From NCBI GenBank assembly GCA_963771465.1, contig CAVYTU010000017.1:736001-800000 (forward strand): DNA of 64,000 nucleotides, given 5' to 3'. Below are positions 1 to 10,322 of the stretch, one piece after another; the stretch's first letter is position 1, and each line of letters begins with the position of its first letter. A program made the translations under genes and the position numbers. Below the pieces are notes generated by a model that was not told where the DNA came from, did not search any database, and worked only from the letters and a program-made list of their open reading frames with translations. The stretch comes from an uncultured delta proteobacterium. Lineage in GTDB: Bacteria; Desulfobacterota; Binatia; UBA9968.

Positions 1-2
1 TC

Positions 3-617
3 GGTCGGCAAATCGGCCAAACCAGCCGCGACGGCGATCAGCGCGTGAAAAACCTTGAAACGCGGTTGGCTAAGATCGAGGAAGAAAGTAAATCGCAGGC
101 GCAATCGCTCAAAACCAGGGAAGACGAGCTCAAGCAGTTGCGCGAATCAGCTCAGGCGGCGCAGGCCGAACAAGCGGTGCAACAACAAAGTTCACCGACG
201 AGCGCTGGTTATGCTGAAGCCGCGCAAGCAGCGGAGTCCGACATTGTTCGCCGCGACTACGAAAGCGCCTGGCGCAACTTTGAGAAAAAGGATTACCGGG
301 TTGCGATTACCCGCTTCAGAGAGTTTCTAAAAAAGCATCAAAAAAGTCGACTGGCACCGAGCGCGCAATTTTGGATCGGTGAATCTCATTTTGCGTTGCG
401 AGAATTCGACAAGGCGATCGTCGAGTTCGATGAAGTACGGCGCAAATATCCACAGGCCGAGCGGGTGCCTGCGGCACTGCTTCGGCAGGGTTCGGCCTTC
501 GCCGAATTGGGCGAAAAGCTCAATGCCCGGTTAGTTTTGCAAGAGTTGCTGGAGAAGTATCCCAATTCCGCCGAAGCGCCGCGGGCGAAGCAAAGACTCA
601 AATCGCTCGAATCGTAA
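3..617 (+). CDS. cpoB: Tol-Pal system protein CpoB/YbgF (5' end outside window)
   Basis: Coiled-coil N-part followed by TPR repeats (YESAWRNFEKKDY, AQFWIGESHF, ALLRQGSAF, YPNSAEA). The frame is open back to base 3, so the start lies upstream of the window. Confidence 0.85.
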   Translation, partial: GRQIGQTSRDGDQRVKNLETRLAKIEEESKSQAQSLKTREDELKQLRESAQAAQAEQAVQQQSSPTSAGYAEAAQAAESDIVRRDYESAWRNFEKKDYRVAITRFREFLKKHQKSRLAPSAQFWIGESHFALREFDKAIVEFDEVRRKYPQAERVPAALLRQGSAFAELGEKLNARLVLQELLEKYPNSAEAPRAKQRLKSLES

Positions 618-897
618 TCAGCCGGTTGCGTCGCACTTTTGAAATCCGTTTCTGCCGCTGAGAGAGCTTTTCCAGTTGGACTATCCTAGTCCGGATGATT
701 CGCAGTAAAACTGCGATCGAGGTGCAACCGTTGCGGAATCAACATCGTGCCGAGCGCGGAGACCGATCTGAAACATTTGGCCGCCGGTGATTCCTCCAGG
801 GTCACATCTCGATCAACAGTGTGTCGCCCGGTTTTCTCGTCGCATGAATAATCCGGTCTCGTCCGTTTGCACCGCTGTCGGTTGATCATCAGAGTCA

Positions 898-1836
898 ATG
901 CAGATTTTTCGTCACATCGATGACCCAAGCCTGTCTTTGCAAGGGACGGTAATGACCTTGGGAAATTTCGACGGAATTCATCGCGGCCACCAAGCGCTGA
1001 TCGGCGCCGTGGTGACTGAGGCAAAAAATCTCGACATGGTGTCGCTGGTTCTGACCTTCGAGCCTCATCCCTTGAAAGTGCTCGCACCCGAGCGGGCGCC
1101 GAGAATGCTGCTCGCCCATAAAGATAAAATGCAATTGCTCCAAGCGCTCGGCGTCGATATCGTCGTCATCCAGAAATTCGATTTATCATTTGCCAAGTTA
1201 AGCGCGGCGGAGTTCGTCAGGACGGTTCTGGTGGACCGGCTTAAGGCGCGCAAGATTTGGGTCGGCAAGGACCTAAGGTTTGGGCAGGGACGCAAGGGTG
1301 GGGTCGCCGATTTGGCGCGATGGGGCAGCGAACTGGGTTTTACCGTGGCGACCGTGGAACCCGTTCTCGTCGGCGGCGAGCGCGTCAGTAGTTCGCACAT
1401 CCGTGAGCTTGTCAGTAACGGCCAAGTCGACCGTGTCGAGTCGATGTTGGGCCGCTACTATTTTCTCTCAGGGCGTGTGATCAGCGGCCAGCGGCGCGGA
1501 CGCGATCTCGGCTTCCCGACCGCTAACATATCTACGCGCGCCGAGGTATTGCCACTGGATGGGATTTACGCGACGCTGTTTCAGCTCGGCGAGCGCCAAT
1601 ATTTGAGTGTCAGCAGCATTGGCGTCAATCCGACATTTGGCGCCGGGCCGCGAACGGTCGAGAGTTTTATTCTTAACTTCAACGGAGATATTTACGGCGA
1701 AGCCGTCAACCTGTCGTTTGTTAAGAGAATCCGCGCGGAGCATCGATTTGATTCGGTCGATGGCTTGGTAAGCCAAATCCAGCGCGACGTTGACGACGCC
1801 AAAGCAATATTTGCCGGATTGCGCCTCGACGGATGA
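898..1836 (+). CDS. ribF: Bifunctional riboflavin kinase/FAD synthetase
   Basis: GNFDGIHRGH, TFEPHP, VSSSHIR, GRDLGFPTAN, GVNPTF motifs. Confidence 0.97.
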   Translation: MQIFRHIDDPSLSLQGTVMTLGNFDGIHRGHQALIGAVVTEAKNLDMVSLVLTFEPHPLKVLAPERAPRMLLAHKDKMQLLQALGVDIVVIQKFDLSFAKLSAAEFVRTVLVDRLKARKIWVGKDLRFGQGRKGGVADLARWGSELGFTVATVEPVLVGGERVSSSHIRELVSNGQVDRVESMLGRYYFLSGRVISGQRRGRDLGFPTANISTRAEVLPLDGIYATLFQLGERQYLSVSSIGVNPTFGAGPRTVESFILNFNGDIYGEAVNLSFVKRIRAEHRFDSVDGLVSQIQRDVDDAKAIFAGLRLDG

Positions 1837-1860
1837 ACAACGACGCGCGGCAACCCACCG

Positions 1861-2913
1861 ATGATTGTTAATACGCTAGCGATCGATGAAAAGTCAGCGG
1901 GCATGCGGTTGGACGTGTATCTTGCGCACGAATTGGCTGAGTCGGAGACGCGGCCTGGATTTAGCCGCGCGGAAATCCAGCGGCTTATTCTTGAGGGGCA
2001 AATAACCCTCAATGATGTGAAGACGAAACCGAGTGTGCGGCTCAAGGCTAAAGATCGCATCGTGATTCAATGCTTGCCGCCGCGGGAAACTCATATTCAA
2101 GCGGAAGCGTTGGCGTTGGATATTCTCCATGAGAATGCGGACTATCTTGTTATTAACAAAGCGCCGGGCATGGTGGTTCACCCAGCGGCGGGTCGATCGA
2201 CGGGCACGCTGGTGAATGCGCTTTTGCATCACTGTCCGGACCTGGCTGGCATTGGCGGTGAGCGGCGGCCGGGGATCGTCCACCGTTTGGACAAGGAAAC
2301 CTCCGGAGTCATGGTCGTCGCCAAGAATATGTTCGCTTTTCAAAAGCTAGCAGCTCAGTTCAAAAACCGCAGTGTTGGTAAAGAGTACGTGGCGTTGGCA
2401 TGGGGCGAAATCAAGCCCGACGATGGTCGTATCGATCGACCCATTGGGCGGCACCGTTCGGACCGAAAGCGCATGTCGAGCGTGCATTTTATTAATAAGT
2501 TCCGCCAAGCGCAGACGGAGTGGCGCGTTGAGCAGCGGTTCCAGGTAAATGAGGGTAATCGTGTTCATGGCGCGCTGACGCTGTTACGATTGCGGCCGCG
2601 TACCGGACGAACCCATCAGTTACGAGTGCATCTAGCCGATATGGGGCATCCTATCGTCGGCGATAAAATTTATGGCTATAAACGGAAAACCGAGGGTCGC
2701 GCCGGCGCGATCGACCCGATTGTCGAGGGATTTCCGCGCCAAGCGCTCCATGCCGAACGCTTGTCCCTCAATGATGTGCGCAACGGCGAGCGATTAGAGT
2801 TTACTGCGCCATTGGCAGAAGATATGAGAGTGTTATTATGTTATCTGCGCGGCCGTCGAGATGAGATCGGTCATGGCAAAATTTCTCACCTGCGAAAGGT
2901 GCAAAGGGGTTGA
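1861..2913 (+). CDS. rluD: RluA-family 23S rRNA pseudouridine synthase with S4 domain (RluD-like)
   Basis: N-terminal S4 (RLDVYL...SRAEIQRLI), INKAPGMVVHP, catalytic HRLDKETSG, TGRTHQLRVH, QALHA. Confidence 0.9.
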   Translation: MIVNTLAIDEKSAGMRLDVYLAHELAESETRPGFSRAEIQRLILEGQITLNDVKTKPSVRLKAKDRIVIQCLPPRETHIQAEALALDILHENADYLVINKAPGMVVHPAAGRSTGTLVNALLHHCPDLAGIGGERRPGIVHRLDKETSGVMVVAKNMFAFQKLAAQFKNRSVGKEYVALAWGEIKPDDGRIDRPIGRHRSDRKRMSSVHFINKFRQAQTEWRVEQRFQVNEGNRVHGALTLLRLRPRTGRTHQLRVHLADMGHPIVGDKIYGYKRKTEGRAGAIDPIVEGFPRQALHAERLSLNDVRNGERLEFTAPLAEDMRVLLCYLRGRRDEIGHGKISHLRKVQRG

Positions 2914-2938
2914 CAAGGAGTCGGCGTTTCAATAGTAT
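2910..2938 (+). promoter_or_regulatory. sigma70-type promoter for rho
   Basis: TTGACA (2910-2915, contains the rluD stop codon), 17-bp spacer, TAGTAT (2933-2938). Confidence 0.75.
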
Positions 2939-3252
2939 TGAGAAAAGAAAAATTCATTTCAGCAATTTCTTTTACTAATCCCCACACGAATATCGAACTC
3001 ACGCGGCTCTAAGCGTTCAAAAGTTGATTGTTTTTTCTAAAGAGAAATTGGTGCCCGCATCCTGATGCTTGTCGGCCCGGCATGCTTATCCCTACAGCTA
3101 TGTCCAGTGCGACGATGATTTTCCTGCGTTTCTGTCAAAATCCATAGACGGGTACGCCGGCGGATTGGTTTTTTTAAAACTCAACGAAGTTTGCAAATCA
3201 CGCGGCGACTGTTCAAAGCCGCGCTTGGGTAAAAAAAGGGGAGGTACAGTGT

Positions 3253-4557
3253 ATGGTTCGTGGTAGAACTCGTGCTGCCGAGCCGGAGGCCGCCGTCGAA
3301 GACAACAGCTTGAATCTTAAAGAACTCAAGGAAAAGAAGATCGGTGACCTCGCGCTGATTGGCAAGACCTTCAACATTGAAGGCGCCGCCAATATGCGCA
3401 AGCAAGAGCTGATCTTTGCCATCTTGCAGGCGCAGACGGAGCAAAACGGCCATATCTATGGCGAGGGTGTGCTCGAGACGCTACCCGATGGTTTCGGCTT
3501 TTTGCGAGCGCCGGATTACAACTACCTGCCGGGACCTGATGATATTTACGTATCGCCCAGCCAGATTCGCCGGTTTAGCCTGCGCACGGGCGATATTATT
3601 TCGGGCCATATCCGTCCGCCCAAAGAGGGTGAACGCTACTTCGCGCTGCTCAAAGTCGAGACGATTAACTACGAAGACCCGGAGCGGGCTCGAGAGAAGA
3701 TATTGTTCGACAATCTTACGCCGCTCTATCCCAACGAGCGGTTGCGTCTGGAAGCTCAGCCTGACGATTACACGACCCGCATCGTTGACCTGCTCACGCC
3801 CATCGGTAAAGGCCAACGCGGCCTGATCGTCGCTGCGCCGCGCACCGGCAAGACGATGATGTTGCAGCATATCGCCAAAGCGATTGCGCATAATCACAAA
3901 GAAGTGATTTTGATCGTGCTGCTCATCGACGAGCGCCCCGAGGAAGTGACTGACATGCAGCGTTCGGTGGACGGCGAGGTGATCAGTTCGACTTTCGATG
4001 AACCGGCGACTCGCCATGTGCAAGTCGCCGAGATGGTGATCGAAAAGGCCAAGCGGTTGGTCGAACATGGCAAGGATGTGGTTATTCTGCTCGATAGTAT
4101 TACGCGTTTGGCGCGCGCTTATAACACGGTGGTGCCGCCAAGCGGGAAAATACTCTCCGGTGGTGTCGATTCCAACGCGCTGCATAAACCGAAAAAGTTT
4201 TTCGGCGCGGCGCGTAATATCGAGGATGGCGGCAGTCTCACCATCATTGCAACGGCGCTGATCGATACTGGCAGCCGCATGGATGAAGTGATTTTTGAAG
4301 AGTTCAAAGGCACCGGCAACATGGAGGTTCATCTCGATCGGCGCCTAATGGATAAGCGCGTTTTCCCGGCCATCGATATCAACAAGTCAGGTACCCGCAA
4401 AGAGGAGTTGTTAATCGCCAGGGAAGATTTGAACCGCATTTGGATATTGCGCAAAGTGTTATCGCAATTGAGCGTGGTCGACGCGATGGAATTCTTGCTC
4501 GACAAGATGCGCGGCACCAAGACCAATAAGGACTTCCTCGAATCAATGAGCCAATAG
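3253..4557 (+). CDS. rho: Transcription termination factor Rho
   Basis: [69 protein letters not shown]. Confidence 0.99.
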   Translation: MVRGRTRAAEPEAAVEDNSLNLKELKEKKIGDLALIGKTFNIEGAANMRKQELIFAILQAQTEQNGHIYGEGVLETLPDGFGFLRAPDYNYLPGPDDIYVSPSQIRRFSLRTGDIISGHIRPPKEGERYFALLKVETINYEDPERAREKILFDNLTPLYPNERLRLEAQPDDYTTRIVDLLTPIGKGQRGLIVAAPRTGKTMMLQHIAKAIAHNHKEVILIVLLIDERPEEVTDMQRSVDGEVISSTFDEPATRHVQVAEMVIEKAKRLVEHGKDVVILLDSITRLARAYNTVVPPSGKILSGGVDSNALHKPKKFFGAARNIEDGGSLTIIATALIDTGSRMDEVIFEEFKGTGNMEVHLDRRLMDKRVFPAIDINKSGTRKEELLIAREDLNRIWILRKVLSQLSVVDAMEFLLDKMRGTKTNKDFLESMSQ

Positions 4558-4697
4558 TTGCCGCTAGGCGACGCAAACTTGCGTAGGCCGGCGAACTCTG
4601 TTAAAAATCGCACGTTGCCGCGACCCCTAGATGTTGGCGACGATCTGCGCAGCGATGCTTTGGGAGCCAGCGAAAGCATCGCTGATTATCAATAATT

Positions 4698-4773
4698 CAC
4701 ACCCTCTCCGATTGCCGTCGCGGTGCCCAACGGGTGCGGCGGTAAGCTGACGGGAGGGGAGGACAAAACCAAA
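4698..4773 (+). promoter_or_regulatory. rpsB (S2) leader RNA structure, t44-like
   Basis: CACAC, then outer stem CCCTCTCCG/CGGGAGGGG, inner stem TTGCCGTCGC/GCGGCGGTAA with a GGT bulge and apical GCCC-AAC-GGGT, directly upstream of rpsB. Resembles the known S2 autogenous-control leader. Confidence 0.65.
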
Positions 4774-4783
4774 GGAGAATCGG

Positions 4784-5560
4784 ATGGGCGACATTTCCAT
4801 GAAACAGTTACTCGAGGCGGGAGTTCACTTCGGCCACCAAACCAGCCGGTGGAACCCGAAGATGAAGCCTTATATTTTCGGCGCCCGCAACGGCATTCAT
4901 ATCATCGACTTGCAGCAAACGGTGACGATGTTCAAGGAATTGGAAGCAGTGGTGCGCGACCTCGCGGCGTCGGGCGGACATATACTATTCGTCGGTACTA
5001 AAAAGCAGGCGCAGGACGCGATTAAAGAAGAGGCGGCACGCTGTGGCATGTTCCATGTGCATAACCGCTGGTTGGGTGGCACGCTGACCAATTTTTCGAC
5101 GATTCGGCAGAGTATCGATCGCTTGCGTAAAATTGAGGAGATGGAAAACGATCCGAAAATCGTCGAGGCGTTGACCAAGAAAGAAATGCTCGGTCTGAGA
5201 CGCGAAAAAGACAAACTTGAGCTGTCGCTCGGCGGCATCAAGACCATGCGCAAGCTCCCCGATGCGATCTTCGTAATCGATCCCAAGCAGGAAGAAATCG
5301 CCGTCAAGGAGGCGCGCAAGCTCGGCATTCCCGTTATCGCCGTGATCGACAGCAATTGCGATCCAGATATGATCGACTACAAGGTGCCGGGCAACGACGA
5401 TGCGATTCGCGCGATTCGACTTTTCTGCTCGGCGATTGCCGAAGCGGTAATCGAAGGCAAAACGATTTACGAGCAATCCCTCGTCAAGGGAAAAGACGAG
5501 GATAGAGCCGCGGAGGTCTCGGCGGCGTCGATGGCGGAAAGCGCCGCGGCGGGAGTTTAG
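4784..5560 (+). CDS. rpsB: 30S ribosomal protein S2
   Basis: [42 protein letters not shown]. Confidence 0.99.
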   Translation: MGDISMKQLLEAGVHFGHQTSRWNPKMKPYIFGARNGIHIIDLQQTVTMFKELEAVVRDLAASGGHILFVGTKKQAQDAIKEEAARCGMFHVHNRWLGGTLTNFSTIRQSIDRLRKIEEMENDPKIVEALTKKEMLGLRREKDKLELSLGGIKTMRKLPDAIFVIDPKQEEIAVKEARKLGIPVIAVIDSNCDPDMIDYKVPGNDDAIRAIRLFCSAIAEAVIEGKTIYEQSLVKGKDEDRAAEVSAASMAESAAAGV

Positions 5561-5565
5561 TTTCG

Positions 5566-6174
5566 ATGGAAGTTACTGCAAGCATGGTCAAAGACCTCCG
5601 GGAAAAATCCGGCGCGGGCATGATGGATTGTAAAAAAGCCCTCGCCGAAACCGGCGGGGACATGCAGAAAGCGTTCGACTATTTACGCCAAAAAGGGCTC
5701 GCCGCGGCGGCCAAGAAAGCCAATCGTGCGGCGAGCGATGGCGCGGTGGGCGCTTATGTTCACGCCGGTGGTAAGATCGGCGTGTTGGTGGAAATCAATT
5801 GCGAAACCGACTTCGTCGCGCGCACGGCTGAATTTCAAGCGTTATTGAAAGACGTTGCCATGCAGATCGCCGCGGCCAGTCCGCTCTGCGTGCGACGTGA
5901 AGAAGTGACCGCAGCCGACTTGGACAAGGAAAGAGAAATCTACCGCCGGCAGGCGTTAGAGTCAGGCAAACCGGAAAAAATCGTCGACAAAATCGTCGAT
6001 GGCAAAATTGATAAATTTTACTCCGAAGTGTGCTTGCTCGAACAATCATTTATCAAAGACCCGGACAAGAAAGTCATCGATGTGGTGAACGATGCCATCG
6101 CCCGGCTTGGCGAGAATATCCAGATTCGCCGCTTCTCGCGCTACCATCTTGGCGAAGGTGTCGGCAAAGAGTAA
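5566..6174 (+). CDS. tsf: Elongation factor Ts (short form)
   Basis: [38 protein letters not shown]. Confidence 0.99.
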   Translation: MEVTASMVKDLREKSGAGMMDCKKALAETGGDMQKAFDYLRQKGLAAAAKKANRAASDGAVGAYVHAGGKIGVLVEINCETDFVARTAEFQALLKDVAMQIAAASPLCVRREEVTAADLDKEREIYRRQALESGKPEKIVDKIVDGKIDKFYSEVCLLEQSFIKDPDKKVIDVVNDAIARLGENIQIRRFSRYHLGEGVGKE

Positions 6175-6192
6175 TCGATTGGGTCGGGTTTC

Positions 6193-6924
6193 ATGAACAA
6201 CGGCGCCCTCAAGTATAAACGCATCCTGCTCAAAGTTACCGGCGAAGTATTTGCCGGTCCGCAAAATTTCGGTATCGATGGCAACGCCATCAAAGCCTTC
6301 GCCCAAGAGATCAAAGATGTAAAAGCGATGGGTTGTGACCTCGCCATGGTTGTCGGCGGCGGAAATATTTTTCGCGGCGCGGTGGCGAGCGAGATCGGCA
6401 TGGACCGCGCCAGCGCCGATACGATGGGAATGCTGGCGACCGTGATTAACAGTCTGGCCTTGCAGGATGCGTTGGAGCAATTGGGGGTTTCGACCCGGGT
6501 CTTATCGGCGATCGAGATGCGTCAAGTGGCGGAGCCGTATATCCGCCGGCGCGCGACCCGCCATCTGGAAAAAGGCCGCGTGGTGATTTTTGCCGGTGGC
6601 ACCGGCAATCCTTATTTCACCACCGATACCACCGCGAGTTTGCGCGCCATGGAAGTTGGCGCGGAAGTGATTCTCAAAGCGACCAAAGTAGAAGGCGTTT
6701 TCGACGCCGACCCTTTAAAGGTTGCCGACGCGACTAAATTCGAGGAGCTGACCTACATCGAGGTGCTCAACCGCGAGCTCAAGGTGATGGATTCCACGGC
6801 AATTTCGCTTTGCATGGATAACAATTTGCCGATTATCGTTTTCAATCTTATGGAGAAGGGTAATATCAAAAGGGTCGTGTCGGGTGATCCGATCGGTACA
6901 CTGGTCAGCGGAGGAAAGCGATGA
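6193..6924 (+). CDS. pyrH: UMP kinase
   Basis: [35 protein letters not shown]. Confidence 0.99.
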   Translation: MNNGALKYKRILLKVTGEVFAGPQNFGIDGNAIKAFAQEIKDVKAMGCDLAMVVGGGNIFRGAVASEIGMDRASADTMGMLATVINSLALQDALEQLGVSTRVLSAIEMRQVAEPYIRRRATRHLEKGRVVIFAGGTGNPYFTTDTTASLRAMEVGAEVILKATKVEGVFDADPLKVADATKFEELTYIEVLNRELKVMDSTAISLCMDNNLPIIVFNLMEKGNIKRVVSGDPIGTLVSGGKR

Positions 6925-7478
6925 ACGAAGCGGTTTTCACTCAGCTGCAAAAGGAAATGGAAGGTTCGGTGGGTGCGCTGCGTAAGGAACTCACCAAGCT
7001 GCGCACGGGAAGAGCGTCGACGGCCCTGCTCGATCATATCGTCGTTGATTACTACGGCGCCTCGACCCCGCTCAACCAGCTGTCGACCTTGAGCGCGCCA
7101 GAGCCACGGTTGTTAGTGATTCAGCCTTTTGACCGCAGCGCGATGGTGGAAATCGAGAAAGCAATACTCAAGTCCGACCTCGGTTTGACCCCTAATAACG
7201 ACGGCAAAGTCATTCGTATTCCCATCCCGCAATTAACTGAAGAACGGCGTAAGGAATTGGTCAAGCATGTCAAGCGCATCGCCGAAGAGTATCGCGTCTC
7301 GGTGCGCAATCACCGTCGTGTTTGCATCGAACATTTGAAAGAAGCCGAAAAGAAAAAAGAAATTACTGCCGATGACGCGAAGCATGGCCAGGAGCGAGTG
7401 CAGAAAATTACTGATGATTTCATTGGCCGGATCGATCACATTGTCAAAGGCAAGGAAGAAGAGGTCATGGCGGTATAG
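6921..7478 (+). CDS. frr: Ribosome recycling factor
   Basis: [33 protein letters not shown]. Confidence 0.99.
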   Translation: MNEAVFTQLQKEMEGSVGALRKELTKLRTGRASTALLDHIVVDYYGASTPLNQLSTLSAPEPRLLVIQPFDRSAMVEIEKAILKSDLGLTPNNDGKVIRIPIPQLTEERRKELVKHVKRIAEEYRVSVRNHRRVCIEHLKEAEKKKEITADDAKHGQERVQKITDDFIGRIDHIVKGKEEEVMAV

Positions 7479-7585
7479 GTCCGCTGTCTGGCTGTTACTC
7501 TTCTATCCTCGGTTTGACGCCCAGTTTTTCCCGGCCGTTTAGCGTAACTTGTCGCCGCGATGAATCCGCACTTGCCAAGGTCGCA

Positions 7586-8365
7586 ATGGAGTTAGACGGC
7601 TTAGACAAGAACCGCCTGCCCGCCCATATCGCCATTATCATGGATGGTAACGGCCGTTGGGCCAAATCCCGCGGTAAGAACCGCATTGAGGGGCATCGCC
7701 GCGGGAAGACTTCGGTCCGAGTCATCGTCGAAATGAGCCGCAAGATCGGTATCCGTTACTTATCACTGTACGCGTTCTCCACCGAAAACTGGTTTCGCCC
7801 CGACGATGAAGTTGACGCGTTGATGGGCTTGCTGGAACACTATCTCGCCGCCGAGCAGGCGAAGATGATGCGCTACGGTATTCGTCTGCTCGCGGTCGGC
7901 GATCGTAGCCGCTTGCCCCAGAGCGTTCGGCGCGCGCTGGAAAACGTCATCGAGATGACCCGCGACAACCAGCGAATGACCGTGATTCTGGCCCTCAGCT
8001 ACAGTGGCCGGGACGATATCGTGCGCATGGTTAAGAGCATCGCTGCAGACGCCCGCGAGGGAAAATGCGAACTGGGCGATATCGACGAGCGCCTGGTTAG
8101 CGCCCGCCTCGATACCGCCGGTGTTCCCGATCCCGATCTGTTGATTCGGACCAGCGGTGAGATGCGCATCAGCAATTTTTTTCTCTGGCAGATCGCTTAC
8201 AGCGAGCTTTACGTGACTAGCACCCTTTGGCCGGAGTTCCGCGAGAAGGAATATCTGCAGGCTCTGCTTGAGTATCAGCGCCGCCGCCGCCGCTTCGGCC
8301 GTACCGACGAGCAAGTCGACGAAGTTGCCACGCCGCAGCTGGAGGCCGGTGGACGCCAATCTTAG
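7586..8365 (+). CDS. uppS: Undecaprenyl diphosphate synthase
   Basis: HIAIIMDGNGRWA, YAFSTENW, PDLLIRTSGEMRISNFFLWQ. Start moved to ATG 7586. Confidence 0.97.
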   Translation: MELDGLDKNRLPAHIAIIMDGNGRWAKSRGKNRIEGHRRGKTSVRVIVEMSRKIGIRYLSLYAFSTENWFRPDDEVDALMGLLEHYLAAEQAKMMRYGIRLLAVGDRSRLPQSVRRALENVIEMTRDNQRMTVILALSYSGRDDIVRMVKSIAADAREGKCELGDIDERLVSARLDTAGVPDPDLLIRTSGEMRISNFFLWQIAYSELYVTSTLWPEFREKEYLQALLEYQRRRRRFGRTDEQVDEVATPQLEAGGRQS

Positions 8366-9155
8366 GTTGCGAGTGGCCACCGCGGGGGTCGGCATTCCGC
8401 TGTTAGTTTGGTTGGTCGGCTGGAGTCCGTTTTTTGTGTTCTCAGGATTTTTCTCGTTGTTGACACTCGCCGCGTTATGGGAGTTTTATGCCATGGTTTT
8501 CCCGCAACATTCGTTGGGGCGGGCCGCGGGTATCTTGAGCGGGTTTGGGTTGGCGCAGCTAACGCTCGCCGTCGACGCTTCGGTTTACACCAATCTGCTC
8601 GCCTTGGCACTGATCTGCGTCTTCGCGGCTTTGCTTTTTTATCGTCACGTCGTCGAACCCCAATTAAACCCTTGGTCTTGGACTGCCATCGGCGGATTCT
8701 ATATCGGCTACCTGTTGCCGCATTTGATTTTATTATTTGGTCAACCCAACGGCCGCGCCTGGGTGTTTTGGCTTTTCTTGGTCGTCATGGCCGGTGATAG
8801 TGCGGCTTACTTTATCGGTCGCCGTTTCGGTAGCCGCAAGTTGGCACCGCACTTGAGCCCTGGGAAAACTGTCGAAGGGGCTTGCGGTTATGTGGTGGGG
8901 GCTGTCTTAGGCGGCTTTGTCGCTGCCGCTTTGGCCTTCGAGCGAATTTCCTGGTGGGAAATTTTTCTGCTCTCGGTCGCGGTCAGTGTGCTGGGGCAGG
9001 TTGGTGATCTTTTCGAGTCTTGGATCAAGCGTGTTCATCACGTTAAAGATTCCGGAAAGCTGTTGCCGGGCCACGGCGGAGTACTCGATCGGCTCGACAG
9101 CTTGATTTTCCCGGCGGCTTTCACCGCTGTCTATTTGAGGATGTTTCATTCATGA
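8349..9155 (+). CDS. cdsA: Phosphatidate cytidylyltransferase
   Basis: Multi-TM protein with DSAAYFIG, SPGKTVEG, GDLFESWIKR, KDSGKLLPGHGGVLDRLDS. GTG start after GGAGG. Confidence 0.95.
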   Translation: MDANLRLRVATAGVGIPLLVWLVGWSPFFVFSGFFSLLTLAALWEFYAMVFPQHSLGRAAGILSGFGLAQLTLAVDASVYTNLLALALICVFAALLFYRHVVEPQLNPWSWTAIGGFYIGYLLPHLILLFGQPNGRAWVFWLFLVVMAGDSAAYFIGRRFGSRKLAPHLSPGKTVEGACGYVVGAVLGGFVAAALAFERISWWEIFLLSVAVSVLGQVGDLFESWIKRVHHVKDSGKLLPGHGGVLDRLDSLIFPAAFTAVYLRMFHS

Positions 9156-10300
9156 GGACAATTGCGCTGCTCGGTTCGACCGGCTCCATCGGCGTGAGCA
9201 CGCTGCGATTGGTGCGCGAGTTTCCCCATCTATTCAAGATCCACGGCATGGTGGCGGGCAAGAATCTTACTCGGTTAGCCAAACAGGTGAAGGAGTTCAA
9301 ACCCAAATGTGTCGCGATTCAACACGAAGCCGATCTGCCGCGGCTGCGCAAACTCTTGGGCAATACTAAAGTCACAATCCTACACGGTGAGGCCGGTGCA
9401 TCGGCCGTGGCGACCGCCGCTGATGTCGATGTGGTCTTGGCGGCGATTGTCGGCGGCGCCGGTCTGATGCCGACGCTCAATGGTTTGTTGGCGGGTAAAG
9501 AGATCGCCCTCGCCAACAAAGAGGCGCTCGTTATGGCCGGTGAAATATTCATCAAGGCGGCTAAAAAAAAGCGTGTGCGTCTGCTGCCCGTCGATAGCGA
9601 GCACAGTGCGATCTTTCAGTGCCTGCAAGGCAATGAACGGGGCGACGTCGACAAAATTATTCTGACCGCTTCCGGCGGGCCGTTCTTACGAATGCCGCTC
9701 AACCGTTTGGCCCACGTCAGCATCGCCCAGGCGCTGAAGCATCCAAATTGGAAGATGGGACAAAAAATTACCATCGACTCGGCGACGATGATGAACAAGG
9801 GGTTGGAAGTGATCGAAGCTCGCTGGGAGTTCGACATGGTGCCGGACAATATCCAGGTGGTGATCCATCCCCAAAGCGTGGTTCATTCCATGGTGCGCTA
9901 CCAAGACGGCGCGGTCATGGCCCAACTCGGCATTGCCGATATGCGCATCCCAATCGCTTATGCCTTGGCATTTCCGCACCGGCTGAAAGGCAGCTGGAGC
10001 CCGCTGGACCTGACCCAACACGGCGAGTTAAACTTTCTTCCCGTGGAGCACAAACGCTTTCCCGCGCTATCTTTGGCTTATGGGGCGTTGCGTGCAGGCG
10101 GCACGATGGCGACCGCGCTGAACGGCGCCAATGAAGTGGCGGTGGCGGCATTTTTGAGCGGCAGGATAGGATTTCGCGAAATACATCGTATAATTGATAA
10201 AACTTTGCAGCGCCACATCAACGGTCAGGCGCGAGACGTTGGGACGGTCCTGGACGTGGATCGTTGGGCTCGCGCACAGGCAAATTCGTTGATCGGCTGA
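9152..10300 (+). CDS. dxr: 1-deoxy-D-xylulose 5-phosphate reductoisomerase
   Basis: LGSTGSIG, LANKEALV, PVDSEHSAIFQ, HPNWKMG, TIDSATMMNKGLE. Confidence 0.99.
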   Translation: MRTIALLGSTGSIGVSTLRLVREFPHLFKIHGMVAGKNLTRLAKQVKEFKPKCVAIQHEADLPRLRKLLGNTKVTILHGEAGASAVATAADVDVVLAAIVGGAGLMPTLNGLLAGKEIALANKEALVMAGEIFIKAAKKKRVRLLPVDSEHSAIFQCLQGNERGDVDKIILTASGGPFLRMPLNRLAHVSIAQALKHPNWKMGQKITIDSATMMNKGLEVIEARWEFDMVPDNIQVVIHPQSVVHSMVRYQDGAVMAQLGIADMRIPIAYALAFPHRLKGSWSPLDLTQHGELNFLPVEHKRFPALSLAYGALRAGGTMATALNGANEVAVAAFLSGRIGFREIHRIIDKTLQRHINGQARDVGTVLDVDRWARAQANSLIG

Positions 10301-10322
10301 AATCGATTAAGGAGCTTATTGA

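Noticed and set aside
620-800. FMN riboswitch upstream of ribF (TAGTCCGGATG at 687-697 matches the RFN 3' motif)
   Set aside because: The other invariant RFN elements (AGGGC/GGGGTG-AAATTCCC-ACCGGCGGT and the second GGTG-AAATTCC loop) are not present in the right order or spacing.
3481-4332. Long antisense ORFs opposite rho and other core genes (e.g. 25171-25917, 39570-40328)
   Set aside because: Expected shadow ORFs from GC-rich codon usage; no RBS or motif support.
5566-6174. EF-Ts only 202 aa
   Set aside because: The short EF-Ts form is known from several bacterial lineages; not a truncation.
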